A stretch of 64,000 nt of DNA from Podarcis bocagei (taxonomy: Eukaryota), in the NCBI GenBank assembly GCA_964188305.1, contig OZ076901.1. One strand, written 5' to 3'. Positions 35,283 through 48,124 of this stretch are shown here, piece after piece; position 1 is the stretch's first letter, and every line of letters starts with the position of its first letter. The translations under genes were made by a program, and so were the position numbers. The notes under the pieces are model-generated. The model ran no database searches and was not told the origin of the DNA. It worked only from the letters and a program-made list of their open reading frames with translations.

Positions 35283-36531
35283 GAAGTCGTCTTCGTAGTC
35301 CATTTGCAGTTCAGCTGGAGGCGGGTAGCAATGGCGAATGTCCAGCCTGAGCTGCAGCTCCCGCACCTGCCTGCGTAGTTGCTCAACCTCCTGCTTGTAG
35401 GTGGCCTCGATCTGCCGCAGCCTGTGCTGGATCACGTCTGTTGGGAAGGGGAGCCCGTCGTCGTCTAGGTAGAGTGGAGGCACTGGGGAGGGGCTGCTCG
35501 GTGGTGCGTGCTTGGAGCCGAGGGCCTGCTTCAGATGGCAAGGGAGCCACAGCTTGCTGGACTTCCCAGCATAGCCTGCGCAGTGGGTGCCGGAGTGGCT
35601 GGAGCAGCCAGGGGGCTTTGCACTCTCTTTCAAAGGCCACTGACCACTGAGGCACAGTCCAGAGGCCCAGAAGTGCCTGCTGCTCAGCCTCTTGTTGCAG
35701 CAGCCATAAGAGAGGAGCCGCCGGGGACCCACGTCACCTCCGGGAAGCGACGTCCCCATTCCCTGAAAGCTGTCCCAGCTGGCTCCCAGGAAAGAAAATT
35801 CGCTCGTCTGGCTCTGAGAGATCCCTTTCCGCCACAACTCCGGCTGAGCCTTCCCTGTCTGGCTGCCCTCTTCCCCATGCCTGACGCGGCCACTCTTGCC
35901 GTCCTCCTCCTCGTTCTGGCATCCAGGAGCATCCTGCCTTGGAACACTCGGAGCTGGTGGAATCCAATGGGGGCCACCCACTGAAGGCTGGAGGGAGGTG
36001 TCAGGGCAGCAGGGCTCTGCAAGGTCCAAGGGGCTGTTAGATTCCAGGCCAACATCTTTTGCATGGTTGCAGAGGGACTTTCCAAGCTGCTCATCCGTTC
36101 CAGTCACTTCTCCCAAAGGCTTTGTCAACTGAGAAGCATTTTGAGTGGGGCAGGGACCTTCCACTGCTTCTGGACTTGCTCTGCTTACAGTTTCTACCTT
36201 GGGAGATACACCATTTAATTGCTGAGACCCTCTATGGTCTTGTGATGTCTGTGGCTGTTCAGTTCTGTTGTTTTCAGAGTTCCCGTCGCTGGCAACAGGC
36301 AAGGGGTGCACTTCTTTTTCTTCCTGCTGCTGTGGAGGCACCTGGGGAGGTTCCTCTCCCACACTCTCTTTGCCAGCTGCCGTCTCCTCAGCACCAGGAT
36401 GCCTGGGCTCCAGGCTGACCCTGACATCCTGACAGTGGTTGTTCAGGTTCGGATCACTTGATGTGCGGGTCAGCAAGCTGCTGGGATCGCAGGCAGAAAG
36501 AAGATCGTCCATAGATCTGGTCTTTGGTAAT
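35283..36531 (-). CDS. MTMR4: MTMR4 coding exon 15 (large linker, PPxY motif, coiled coil)
   Basis: LPKTRSMDDLLSAC...PVPPLYLDDDGLPFPTDVIQHRLRQIEATYKQEVEQLRRQVRELQ...MDYEDDF; 1249 nt; PPLY at 35469-35480. Confidence 0.95.
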
Positions 36532-37352
36532 CTGGAACCACAAAAGGAAACCTTAGGCACTGGAGAGAATGATCTCTCTCTGCCCGTGGAGGCCCTTGCA
36601 GGGCCTGAAACAGGATATGGGTTCACCATGGACGCAAGCAGCCAAGTGGCCAGAGCCTGTCCTCACTACCTGAAAGTCTGCCAACTAATCTCTGGCCCCA
36701 CGTCAAGTGTTTATGGCCAATGGAGAAAAACCTAGATATTTTCCGAAGGGCTTCAGAAGCCTCACTGTTTCTAATGGTCTCTTCCTTTGATGTTAATGCT
36801 CAGTACACAGCAATTACGACTGTGTATCTCAGGATGAACAGGTTGAGGGGACCCTCAGCAACCATTTGGATAAGAGGCATTCAATCCTTACAATGCACCT
36901 TGGCATTTCAAAATGTATCTTATATGGTCCTTTCTCCAAAGTTTTGGAAAAAACAGTAAAGAAATCACCACATACATAGAAGCATCCTTTCTTGGTGTGT
37001 TAGATTTAAATGTCAGGTTCTTGATAAGCACTGACATTAACAACTCTTCCAAGATTTTTTAGGGCAGTGGGGAAGGTCAGAATATACAAGTGGATAATGT
37101 GATGGAATACAAAGTAGGTTGAAAGCACCAGAACCTTCCCTTGGACAAGACCCACTGTATATAGTGGAAATGGAAAATATATGGCAAAATTTGAGCTATG
37201 CTCTAGACCTAGAATCATAGAATGGTAGTGTTTGAAGGGACCCAAAGGGTTATCTGGTCCCACCCTTTACAATGCAGAAACCACAGCTAATGCAAGCAGG
37301 CATCCTTAGAAACCCTGGTGCAACTCACAAGACGAGGGTCACTTTATCCTAC

Positions 37353-37507
37353 CTGTCAAGAGACCTGCTGCTAAACTCCTGGCTTTGGGATCCAGAAGGC
37401 AGGTAGAGGTCCATGCCCTCTTCTCCAAGGGGGCATGGGGAGGATGCCGGGAGATACACAGCCGTCCAGAGGTGCAGTGCTCGCACATGGCATACGGGGT
37501 GCAGCAC
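37353..37507 (-). CDS. MTMR4: MTMR4 coding exon 14
   Basis: VLHPVCHVRALHLWTAVYLPASSPCPLGEE...SRSLDR; 155 nt; follows an 86-nt intron. Confidence 0.94.
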
Positions 37508-37593
37508 CTGCCATGGAAGGTGGAGAAAAGCAAGCTCAGTCAGGGCAGGACACCTCCCCCTCCTCCAGCACCAGGGGTGGGAATCCCACTCAC

Positions 37594-37764
37594 CTGTTCG
37601 CTACCAGGCATGTAGAGCAGGTTGTGGAAGTTCTTGTTGCCGGCTCTCAAGAGGGACCAGACCGAGCAGGTGCGCTTGGCGATGTTGTGGATCTCGCGCT
37701 CGCAGGGACTGTTCCCCAGGAAGGTCCCATAAAGGCAGGAGTAGGTGTGCTGCACCAATTTCAC
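37594..37764 (-). CDS. MTMR4: MTMR4 coding exon 13
   Basis: VKLVQHTYSCLYGTFLGNSPCERE...RTCSVWSLLRAGNKNFHNLLYMPGSEQ; 171 nt. Confidence 0.95.
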
Positions 37765-38875
37765 CTGGAGGAGATGACAGGAAGGGCTTTGGGTTAAAGC
37801 TTGCATGAGCCCATCTCTGGAAGAACGCTTTTCATGCTTCTGTGTTATTAAAAAAAAAATTATACACTGCAAGGTGTCTCAGGACACGGTCGGTAGAAAT
37901 AAATATATGAGAAATAAATGTTTATAGACTTATATTTGGAAACTACCTGGAGTATTCTTGGCCCTGTGCGCTCACACTTCAGATGCTCATGATTAAAGTA
38001 TAACTGAAACTAATGACTGGACCAGCCTACCTGCTGTCAAGGGCAGGAGAAAGTGTGTTGCATGAAGAAAGGGAAAACTGTGGTGTAGTATTTTATGCAA
38101 TTTGAACTCTTCATTCTCAAATTATTTCTTATTATTAATATCTGATATTCTTTTATTATTATTATTTATCCTGTCTTTCCCCCGGATAGGGTTTCAAGGC
38201 AGCTTACACAAATGAAAAGAACACAGATAAAATACAAGCAACTAAAAACATATAAAAATTATAGTTAAAAGGTAATTAAACTCTAATAGAATTAAAATAA
38301 TATAAACATTTAATCTCTTAAAATACAGGTAGTCAAAGAGCACAGCACTGTTGAAGGCCCTTTCCTGAAAGGACTGTTGGAATGGAACAGTCTTCAGCTG
38401 CTGGTGGAAGGACAATGACAGAGTCATTCTGGCTTCTCTAGGAAGGGAGTTCCAAAGCCTGGGAATTGCCACTGAGAAAGTTCCCTCCCACCAAGCATGC
38501 CTGCGAGGGTGGTGGGACTTAGAGAAGGGCCTTCTGGAAACTCTGTAAGCTAAGTGTCTGATTTATTCTAGCCTACGTATTCTCATGGGGATTGTTTATT
38601 TAAAGGTGGATAAGGGCACCAAGTTTCAACGTCCTTGGAGCAATCACCATTGTGCTAACTCTGCTATGAAAGAGTAAGAATCTCTCTTCCAAACTTCTCT
38701 CTCCAACAAAAGCAGGATGCTGTACAAATAAAATGATGAATGAATGCATGATTTATTCTTCAAACTAAGCTCTTGTGAGCCATCTTGACTCTCCCATTAG
38801 AAAGATCAGCCTGTGATAAAATGATGGGTCTACTGTGATTTGCCCCTCCCTAGGCTGTTGCAGGCTCTCTCTTAC

Positions 38876-39061
38876 CAAGAAAGCTTCATTGAACTCAAAA
38901 AGGCAGGGGAACTGCTTGAGCAACTGGTGGACAGAATCCAGCCACTGCAGGAAAACGGGGCACTGCTCGTTCTGATCCTCCGCCTTCTCCTGGTGTCCAC
39001 AGCGATCCCCAAACTTGTGGCCATAATCCAGCCAGTCTGATTCAACCAGCACCTGGAAACC
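38876..39061 (-). CDS. MTMR4: MTMR4 coding exon 12
   Basis: GFQVLVESDWLDYGHKFGDRCGH...CPVFLQWLDSVHQLLKQFPCLFEFNEAFL; 186 nt. Confidence 0.96.
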
Positions 39062-40215
39062 CTGCCAAGAGGAAAGAGAGAAATGTCACCGCCGTAGACC
39101 CACTGGGCAGCCCACATTGAAGGGGCAGGAAGCTTCTAGGGCTGCCAAAGTCATTCCTCAGATTGTAACATTCCTCCTCATATCCCCTTCACTGGTGTTT
39201 CCAGCACAACCCCTTGCCTTAGCTCAGCGGCTATAGTTCAGCAGTAGAGCACTCACAGTAAGTCCCAGGTTCAATCCCCAGGTAGGGCTGGATGAGACTC
39301 CCTGTTTGAAACTCTGGAGAGCCACCACTGCCAATAGACAATACTGAGGAAGACAGACTAGTGCCTTGACTTAGTATAAGGCAGCTTCCGACCTTGAAAG
39401 TTCTCCACAGCCTTGCCCTACCCCATTCTTCTGCTCTCCTTTCCATTAGATCGCTTCCTGTGATCTTTAGTCCCAGTTTGGCCACCAGAAAAATCCCTTG
39501 ATTCCAAATACAACAATGTCCATTCTTCCTTGCTGCTTTGTATGCTTGGAACACTTTTCCTAGGCAAATTGTGCAGTGCCTTCTCTCACTCGTCAGATCC
39601 CAACTCAAAACTCACCTATTCCTTGAACTGTAGAGTTGGGAGCAACACCAAGGGCCATCTGGTCCAACCCCCTGAAATGTAGGAAGTCTAACTCCATGTT
39701 ACTGTATTTGCCCACTTTCTTCCCTTGCTGTCCCCATCTACCCTTCCCCCACCAGCTTCCTTTTATCTTCCACGTTGTTTGTTTTAGATTGTAAGCTCCT
39801 TGAGGGCAGGGTCCTGACTATTCTCATTCTGTAAGGTGCTGTGTGCCTATCTAAAAATAATATGAAGAACCATTTATCCGACCAACTTTATATGGCCGAT
39901 GATGTCCTACTTTCTTGATTGAGTAACACTCCAAAATAAAAAAAGTAAACTCTTTTTAATTTCACAGAAAGGCACAAGCTTGTTCCAGAAGAGATAACAA
40001 GGTGAAAGCTCATTGCCTCCTGTGAGAGACTGCCCTATCAGTTGGAAAAAAGAGACATAGAGGACTTGGGAGAAGCATGAGAATAGGTTGTGCTTTGTCC
40101 ACTTTGGATTATTATATAAAGAGGCCAAAGCAAGAGAATGCCCCACCCACCCAGGTCAGGTTCTCCTGAAAACTGCCCTTTCATCTTATGTTAGCAGGCA
40201 AAAGAGACATGATAC

Positions 40216-40411
40216 CTCCATTGTCCGGTAGTAAGGGTCCAGAAGGATCTTTGCCAGGGTGACAATCTGTGGGGTCCTGTCCCAGCCGTCTGAGCAGTGA
40301 ACCAGCACAGGGCGCCCTTCTCGGTCGACAGCATTGGAGACCAACACAGCTGCCTTCAGCATGACAGAAAGGTGCTGCAGCCACTTGGTGCTCTCCAGAG
40401 CCGACAGCCAG
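40216..40411 (-). CDS. MTMR4: MTMR4 coding exon 11 (catalytic CX5R motif)
   Basis: WLSALESTKWLQHL...PVLVHCSDGWDRTPQIV...LLDPYYRTME; intact myotubularin HCSDGWDRT; 196 nt. Confidence 0.96.
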
Positions 40412-42796
40412 CTGGAAAGGGATACAGGAAAGGGAGAACATTAAGCTTCTGACAGATCTAAGGGAGCTGTGGGGAACCCTCAGACCCAGGGGGGGGGGGA
40501 GGAGGAAAGCAACTGCTCTCCAGGCCCCTCAATTCAGCCCTCACATACCCCCTTCTCTTTCTCAGCCACACTCCCTCTCACACAGCCACCCTCCGTCACT
40601 GGCCCAGCTCCTCTCCCTCCTTGGCTGCTTTTGCCCAAATGGAACATGTCCTTGAACTGTGATCCTGCTTCTGGCTGTTGCATGGCTGGAAGCCGCTAGT
40701 GTAGAAAGGGAAGAGTCATATCCATTGCCCTACCCACTTCTGCCTCTGCTCCCAGCCACCACTGGGCTGTGACCCCCGGAATGTGGCTCACAAGGGAATG
40801 TGGCGCTCTAGCTGACAACCACCCCTCGGCCCTGTCCTATCAGTTGTCTCCATGACCTGCTTCATCCAGAAATGCCTCCTCTTCTCTCTCAATCAGTAGC
40901 ACCCTCATCAGATCCCACAAAGTTGGTTGTCCGCAGGGGTGGGTTTCCAGATGCAGGGCCAGTCTTGATAGTTTTTAACTAGCTGCCCCCCAACCTACAC
41001 CCTGAACTGCTATCCTAGCCCACTCCTGCCCTTCCCTGTTCATGCCTCTTGCCTTGCCTGCGGGGAGGATGGAGAGATGTGTAGAAGTGTGTTTAGACAC
41101 TTTCCTACTGTACAAAGGTACTGTCAGGGAACTGCCATCAGTGCCGGAGGGAGAGAGCAAAATCCGGAGGGATTCCAGAGAGCGTCCCGGGAGTGGGAGA
41201 GGTAGCCCATCTTCTGGGGAAGGGAATCAGCGTAGCACCAGTGGAGAAGGGGGGCAGATGGGGGAAGCGGCGAGGCGGTCCCATGACTCCTTGCCAGGGA
41301 CCAGCGGGGAGAGTAGAGGTCCTCTGCTGCCTACGCCCTCCTTGCGCAGAAGGCTTTCGCCCAGAGAGAGTAGGAGGAGACTAGGCGTCAAAGAGCTGCT
41401 TTGCTGGAAGAAGTTTAAGAAACGCCCACTGACGGATTCTGCCAGCGATTGAGACAGCCACGGGAGAGTGGCTGTCCGGACAGAAAAGGTTCACTCAGGC
41501 AACCCAGCCAGGTGTTTGCACCGGCTTACGCACGAGCAACCCCTAGAACCACTACAGGTACTAATTATATTCATTGCTCCACCCACTTTCCAATTTGTCC
41601 CCATATGGCCCTTGGAAGGTTGCACACCTTCCAACCTGAAGCTCCCCTCCCCTGCGTCAAGGGTTGGAAAGCGAGGATCCACAGAGAGATCGACAGCAGA
41701 TGCCACCTTTTCCAAGGAGAAAGCTCCTTACCAAGGACATGGCATGCACTTGCTGCAGCTGCTGGCAACCAGCAGCAGCACAAGGAAACAGAGAAAGCTC
41801 CCTCCTGCTCTTCAGACTGCTGGCCCTCAATAAGCTAGGAGGAAACATTTCCATGGCAACAGGGGAAAAGAAGAGTGATGTGATGAAGCTGGCCTAAAAA
41901 GACACAGCAGAAAAGGCAGGGGCAGAGAGAGCAGCTATCAATATTGAGGTCATTGCCCTGTGGGGTGGAAAGGAGGCAAGAGAAAGTGGAGCAGCTAGGA
42001 AGATCCCCCTGCCCTGCAAAAAAAAAAAAAACCCCAAAACCCAGAGAGACACTGAGACATAGTGGAGAGACTGTCAAGCCCTGGGTTCAAATCCATGCTC
42101 GGCCATGAAGCTCACATGTGACCCTGGAACAATCACCTCCTCTCAAATTCTCATGGTTGCTGGAAGAATGAATGGGGTGATGTTCTGAGCCACAAGCCCA
42201 AAGGAGGGCTTGTGGGAGTGGCTGGGTGCAGGGATAACCAAAGAAGGATGTCAAAAAACAACAGAACAGCCAGTTCTAGGGCTTTATTAAAGAAGGTGCA
42301 GACTTACAGCAAATCAACCTGCCAGGTCTCCCAACCTTTTACAGACGTGGGACAGACACTGCAGCAAGAAGATGCCTTGCCCGTGCCCAAGGACCTCTCA
42401 TCACTTCACCTGACCAGATGAGGGCATAGGTGGCAAATACCCAAATCTTACAGGTCAGCTCCCCTTCTGGGCTCAGAGCCCAGCACTCCAAACCGCCCAG
42501 ATAAGAAGAACTTCAAAGCAAGGCAATTAACTTGTATCAAAGCAAGTGAATATAGACATATGTGAGCTCACTGTTACAACTACCAGTTAATTATGGGGTG
42601 ATCTTAACTACCAAGATGGCGTTTGCAGAGCTTCTGGAAAAGTTTGCCTTTGGTTGAACACAGGTGGGGAGGTGTTGGGCTGTGCCCCTGTGCTATCCCA
42701 TCCTGATCAGGAGGCCCTGGGAAGAAACCTCACCCTAAATTGGAGTTAAAAGCTATCAGTCCCATTAACCAACTGAAAAGGCAGATTGGAACTTAC

Positions 42797-42908
42797 TTGC
42801 TAGGGTCTGGCATCTGACTGCAGACAGCCCGCAGGTACTGGAAGCTGTTGCGGATGGAATGGATGTTGGCCATCCCCATGAACACCACTTCACAGTTTGG
42901 GTAATACT
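42797..42908 (-). CDS. MTMR4: MTMR4 coding exon 10
   Basis: EYYPNCEVVFMGMANIHSIRNSFQYLRAVCSQMPDPSN; 112 nt; ends phase 2. Confidence 0.95.
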
Positions 42909-43495
42909 CTGAAACACAGCACAGAAAGGGAGGGGGTCAGCTGGAAGCTGACGCTGGCTGTCAAAGGAAATATCTCGCAGCAAAAAAAAAATATCTTATT
43001 CTATTTGTTATTGATCTGTCACAAACTAACACATAAACATGTAAACAGTAAGAGAACCATACACGGAACATATTCGATATAAAAAACAAATTACAGAGTT
43101 GCAATTACATATATCAAAGTTTTTAACATGAGCCTATATAACCCAACCACAATGATGCATGAATAATGGGAGGAATGCTTAAAATCTGACCACACATTGC
43201 AGATGCACCCTGCAACCTGCCTTACAGCTGACCCACTCACAAAGAATAGCATGTGTGTGAGTGAGTGAGTGAATAAATGAATAGCAGCAGAGACTTTTCT
43301 GAAAAGGACACCTTGTGACTCAGCTGTGGCAAAACAGGTTGGATTTGCCCTGGGCATATGCTCCTGTCCTCTCCCGTCCCCTCCTGACAAGTCAAGCACA
43401 GAGATGGGGAGCTGGGGAGCAGAAAGCCACACCAGCACTTCTCTTAGGGGCTTTGACTCATGTACCCCTATTGTGTGCTCAAATGCCCCTCGTAC

Positions 43496-43624
43496 CTTCA
43501 CATTCACAGCCTCCTCCCTTAGCTCGGTTGGCGACGGCGGCAGTGTAGGACCGGGCATCCAGGATCAGCAGCTTCTGAGGTGTTGCTGAACTCTCCACAC
43601 TTGAGCACGCAGTCAGAGATGAAT
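43496..43624 (-). CDS. MTMR4: MTMR4 coding exon 9
   Basis: DSSLTACSSVESSATPQKLLILDARSYTAAVANRAKGGGCECE; 129 nt. Confidence 0.95.
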
Positions 43625-44487
43625 CTGCAAAAAGGACAGTTCAGTCTCCCATCTCCCGATCCATGTCCTAATTCTATACAATCTGCCCAGCAATATGGAA
43701 TTCAGAAGAAAAATAAAAAAGCGGCCTCAGAGTGAACTTGAACAAAAGTACCAACAAAGGATAACTAAACAGCCTTTGCCTTCTTTGCAGTCATAATTCT
43801 CAGAAGCATTACATGATGCCATATCTAGAATACTATTTCTGGTTTGGGCCTTGTGAACAAGTGTTCAAGGAGGAGAAATTCAAGCAGAAATTGGAGGTGG
43901 CAAACAGAGAGCAGCTTTCAGGGATAAAGTAATGAGGAAAGGGTATAACTGCACTCCACAAGTCTGTCAGAGGCATAACAAGAGATGACAACGAACTACA
44001 CTCTTTAAACAAAAACTGTAGGCGCAACCATTAATGTCCTTACACTGGCCATTAGCTGTTTTGATAGGGAATCAGAGGTCGGCTTGCAGCCTTCTCTCTA
44101 TGCTCTCACAACACTCCCAATTGCAGTGTGTTCAAAGCAGAGCTGGGGGGGAAACGACTTATCAGCTCTCATGATCTGCTTTTTAGATGGCTAACTGGGA
44201 TCATAATCTTGGAGTCTTTCTTTCCAGCTTCTGGCAGTAGCTGCCCTCCTAGAACCTTTCAGCAGAAAACCAGCTTGTGGCTTTATTTGCACAATTCCTA
44301 TGTGGAACAGGGACTGGACTAAAGAGAATTCCGGGGCTACAATTTTAACCACACTTTTCAAGAAGACACTAGAAGTAAGGCCAGGCCTATGCTATCATGG
44401 TCAAGGGACCAAACTCTGCCGAAGGGCGATACAGCATTTAAGCAGCAAAAGTTGAGAGATGAGAACATGCCTGCCTGCCTTACTTAC

Positions 44488-44684
44488 CAAAACCAGCATC
44501 ACAGGCCTCGTTCCCGTCGCTGAGCCCAGAGTGCGGGGTCCCCCCTGCCAGCCTCTGTCCAGGGTTCAAGGCACAGGCTTTGGCGATGGAGGTTACGAGG
44601 TACTCGTCATCAGCGTTGCGCCAGCCCCACCAGCTGATCTCCGGCTGACTGCAGCGCGCAATCACCGCCCCGTTGCGCAAATGT
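44488..44684 (-). CDS. MTMR4: MTMR4 coding exon 8
   Basis: HLRNGAVIARCSQPEISWWGWRNADDEYLVTSIAKACAL...; 197 nt. Confidence 0.95.
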
Positions 44685-45484
44685 CTGGGAGGGAAATCAA
44701 GGAAGCCCACTAGTCCCAGAGTACATGGACCCGTCTCAAGAAGCCACAGCTTCTCAGCCAAATAATAAGGATATTTTTTGATCGGGGAGGTCAGGGAGAA
44801 GTAGCATTTCCCAGGATCCCGTGAAAGAATATGGAGCCTTATTCCATATTGCATGTATGATCTAGTAGCTGGACTAGATGACCCTCAGAATCCCGTCCAA
44901 CTCTACAATTCTATGTTTGCAGCAACCTTCCACAATGCCGTACCCTCCAGATGTTTCAGACTACAAATCCCATGATCCCTGTCCATTGCCTATGCTGGCT
45001 GGGGATGCTAGGAGTTGTAGGACTGAGAGACAGAGAGAAAGATCTGCAAAGCAACATGAGGAAAAGGTCCTCCCTGTTAGTTGAGTTATGAAAATGCAAA
45101 AATAAGAAGGTAAATTCTGTGTCAAAGACCAGACCTTGTGCTGCAGATGAGGGTACACAGCCCTGAACTCACTCTCTTTCTGCAAAGGCTCTGTACATAC
45201 AACACCAACTAAATAACAAATAAATTCCCATAGCAACTCTAGAACCAAACCAGACAGCAACAAGGATGGTAAGGGTTTTGTAGATCAGGCCATGAGCCTA
45301 CAGATCGTCTAGTCTACTTGGCCTATATCTAAAAACAGATGAATAATCCAATTTGATCAATCTTTGGCTGGTAAGATATAAGCAGGACCATGGTTTGCAG
45401 CCTTCAACCCACAGAATCTCAGTGATTCCCCTCAGCTGCCACTGGATCTGAAACCTTCTATAGTTGAAGCATTCTTTTTCGTAC

Positions 45485-45598
45485 CTATACACAACTGCTG
45501 GAATTCGCTTCCACGATCGAAAGGAAGCCACATTCTCCAGCTCCTTGTCAGTGATCCAAACAGGAACCAGGAGTTTCTGCGGGTAGCTGGTGCACAAC
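45485..45598 (-). CDS. MTMR4: MTMR4 coding exon 7
   Basis: LCTSYPQKLLVPVWITDKELENVASFRSWKRIPAVVYR; 114 nt. Confidence 0.95.
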
Positions 45599-46112
45599 CT
45601 AAGAAAGAAAAGACACAGGGAGCTGACCATGGGACAGGAGTGAAAGAAATGAGAGCAAATTCCAGACCTTATTTTTTAAAAAAACTTGCAAGGCTGTGCA
45701 TGTTTGGAGAGCCACTAAGAAGAACTTCTGAAATGTGTAGCAGCAGCAACAACAACAACAACAACAACGGGCTCTTCAACTGGAAATAGAAGGGGAAGAA
45801 AAGGGATAGGCAATCTTAGGTGATCACAAGTGGGGCGGGAGCAGGGGGCCTTTTTCAGCCCAAGGGTAGCACTTCGGACCTGGGGAAATGTCCAAAGGCT
45901 GCATGCCAGTGATGGGCGGAGCTAGAGGCAAAAGTGGGTGGGTCAAAGATGTGACTCTCACCTTTGTACAACAAGATGCATTCCAATCACACAAAACTGG
46001 AATTTTTGTGGGTTTCTACACACCTCACACACACACACGTCCTCTCTCCATCCAGACAAGCAAGAGGCATTGTCTCTGCTCCTATATTGTTTCACGTTCC
46101 TATATTCTAAAG

Positions 46113-46410
46113 CAGGGGTTCCCAAACTTTTTTGGACCACTATCCCCTTGGGTCCCATAAACTCATTCCCAGTATCCTACCCTAAAAGAAGCATTATTCA
46201 GAATAGCCATTTGGAGGACCCACTATGGAAGATAATAACACAATAAAATTCAAAGCAGTAACAATCTATTGCACATTTATTCAAAATCCAGTTAAAGAAT
46301 TAATTCAACAAAGCTGATGAACTTGATCCAGTGATGCCAGCATTTGAAGTCTGATAGTCATATCTACCTCCAGCACCCCCCTAGGTAATCTCACCCTTTG
46401 GGAACCACTG
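46113..46410. mobile_element. Non-autonomous hAT MITE
   Basis: TIRs CAGGGGTTCCCAAA / TTTGGGAACCACTG (13/14); perfect 8-bp TSD TTCTAAAG. Confidence 0.9.
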
Positions 46411-46519
46411 TTCTAAAGAGATAGATGCCTAGCTAATGTAATGCCCAGTAACAAGGTGGGTGAGGGGCTGCAGATTATTTTTGCCTCTGAAGATGGTGAA
46501 GCCTTTATCGATGACTCAC

Positions 46520-46616
46520 TTGTAGTTGTTATTGATGTCAGAAACCCTCCACACATTTTGCAAGTCAAAGCCCATCCGAGTCAGCTCCATCTCAAAGCGG
46601 TATTTCACATGGTCTC
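46520..46616 (-). CDS. MTMR4: MTMR4 coding exon 6
   Basis: GDHVKYRFEMELTRMGFDLQNVWRVSDINNNYK; 97 nt. Confidence 0.94.
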
Positions 46617-46940
46617 CTGTAAAGGGATAAGCAGTTTTTTAAAAGTCAGCTCAAGCACCAAGTGCCATCCAGAAGTTTGGGACTCCAGCTCCCACCATTC
46701 CCTGTCAAAACTGCCACATGATGCTGCAAAAGATGGCAGCACAGTCGTGCTGGCTGGGGCTGATGGGAGCTGTCGTTCAAAATCTCTGGAGGGAAACCAG
46801 GTAAGCAAAGGCTGTCAGAGCACAGCTCTGTCTTAAATTGGTGAGGAGGGGGTTAACGGGGCCCAGCATGGCAAGGCATGAAAAACGGCGGCTAGAGGCC
46901 CCTCTTAGATTTGCCTTAGAAGGTGTCCCTTTTGACCTAC

Positions 46941-47107
46941 CAGGGCGGCAGAGGTGGGCATGCTGGTCCTCCTCATCAGCACAAACCCCCAAGCACCAGG
47001 CGTGGTAAGCAAACGCAAACAGGTCTTCCGGCCTGGTAGGGCGAGCGATGGCTCGGCTCAGCCTTTTCAGCCATTCCTGGCATTGCTTAAAAGTAGAAAA
47101 ATGGCAC
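46941..47107 (-). CDS. MTMR4: MTMR4 coding exon 5
   Basis: CHFSTFKQCQEWLKRLSRAIARPTRPEDLFAFAYHAWCLG...HLCRP; 167 nt. Confidence 0.95.
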
Positions 47108-48124
47108 CTGCAAGACATAGATGGGTACAGGCACACTTTGTAATGCTCAGAAAAGCAAGACAGACAAACTGAACTACAGGAATGAAAGGAGACATAAGCA
47201 CCCACAATCTCTTTGATGTCTACTGCCTGTGGCCACTAGCTTAGAGACTCAATAAAAACATTTAACCACAAAAACTCTGTATAATGGGATGATATATCTA
47301 CTAGACCTGTGACATGTACCTAAGAACAGCAAGGTTTGAACTCCCTTTTTCCTTTAACCGTCAACCACTTTTGTTCCTAGTGCTGTTGCTTTTTAAAACA
47401 TACATATAAATACAACTTCAAAAAACCACTTAAGAACATAGGAAGAGTCTGCTGAATCAGGCCAAAGGCCCATGTAGTTCAGCATGTTTTCACAGTGGCC
47501 GACCAGATAGCTGTAGGAAACCCTCCAACAGATTCCAAGTGCAAGAGCCCTTTCCCTTCCTGTGGTTTCCAGCAACTGGTATTCAAAAGCATTACAGCCT
47601 CTGACCGTGGAGGCAGAGCAGAGCCATCGTGGCTAGTAGCCATCATTAGCCCTCTCCTCCATAAATTTGTCTAACCTTCTTTTAAAGCCATCAGCGTTGG
47701 TAGCCCCAAAGACAAATTTGTAGAGGAGAGTTCTTTGCAAGGTGTTGTTCGCCAGGGCAGAAAACTGAACTTCCATTTGCAGGGGAAGTCTACCTCTGAA
47801 TACCAGATGGTGATGGAGGAAATAAAGTGGATGGGGGGGGCACTGCTGCCTTCACGAACTGCTTCTGGGCTGCTCCTCGCTGGAAAGAGAACGCTGGACA
47901 AGTTTAACCTTGGCCTAATTCACCTAGGCAATTCTTATGTTCTGGTGAGGGGACCTGGTTTACAGACCACACTACCAACACCATACGTTAAGAGGAGTGG
48001 TGGGGAATCCCCTGCATGCAGCTCACAGCCCGATTTTAACTGTGCCATTGGGGAAGGAAGAGGGTTTTGATGCCATGCAGCGTGCAATGGCAGCTCTGCC
48101 CATTACAAGTTCAAAGCATGGAAA

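Noticed and set aside
36532-36629. In-frame upstream extension of the 476-aa ORF (MVNPY...)
   Set aside because: Intronic; the acceptor at 36532 joins exon 14 in the correct phase
40181-40441. Alternative frame open across the catalytic exon
   Set aside because: Stops within seven codons of exon 12; expected by chance in GC-rich exons
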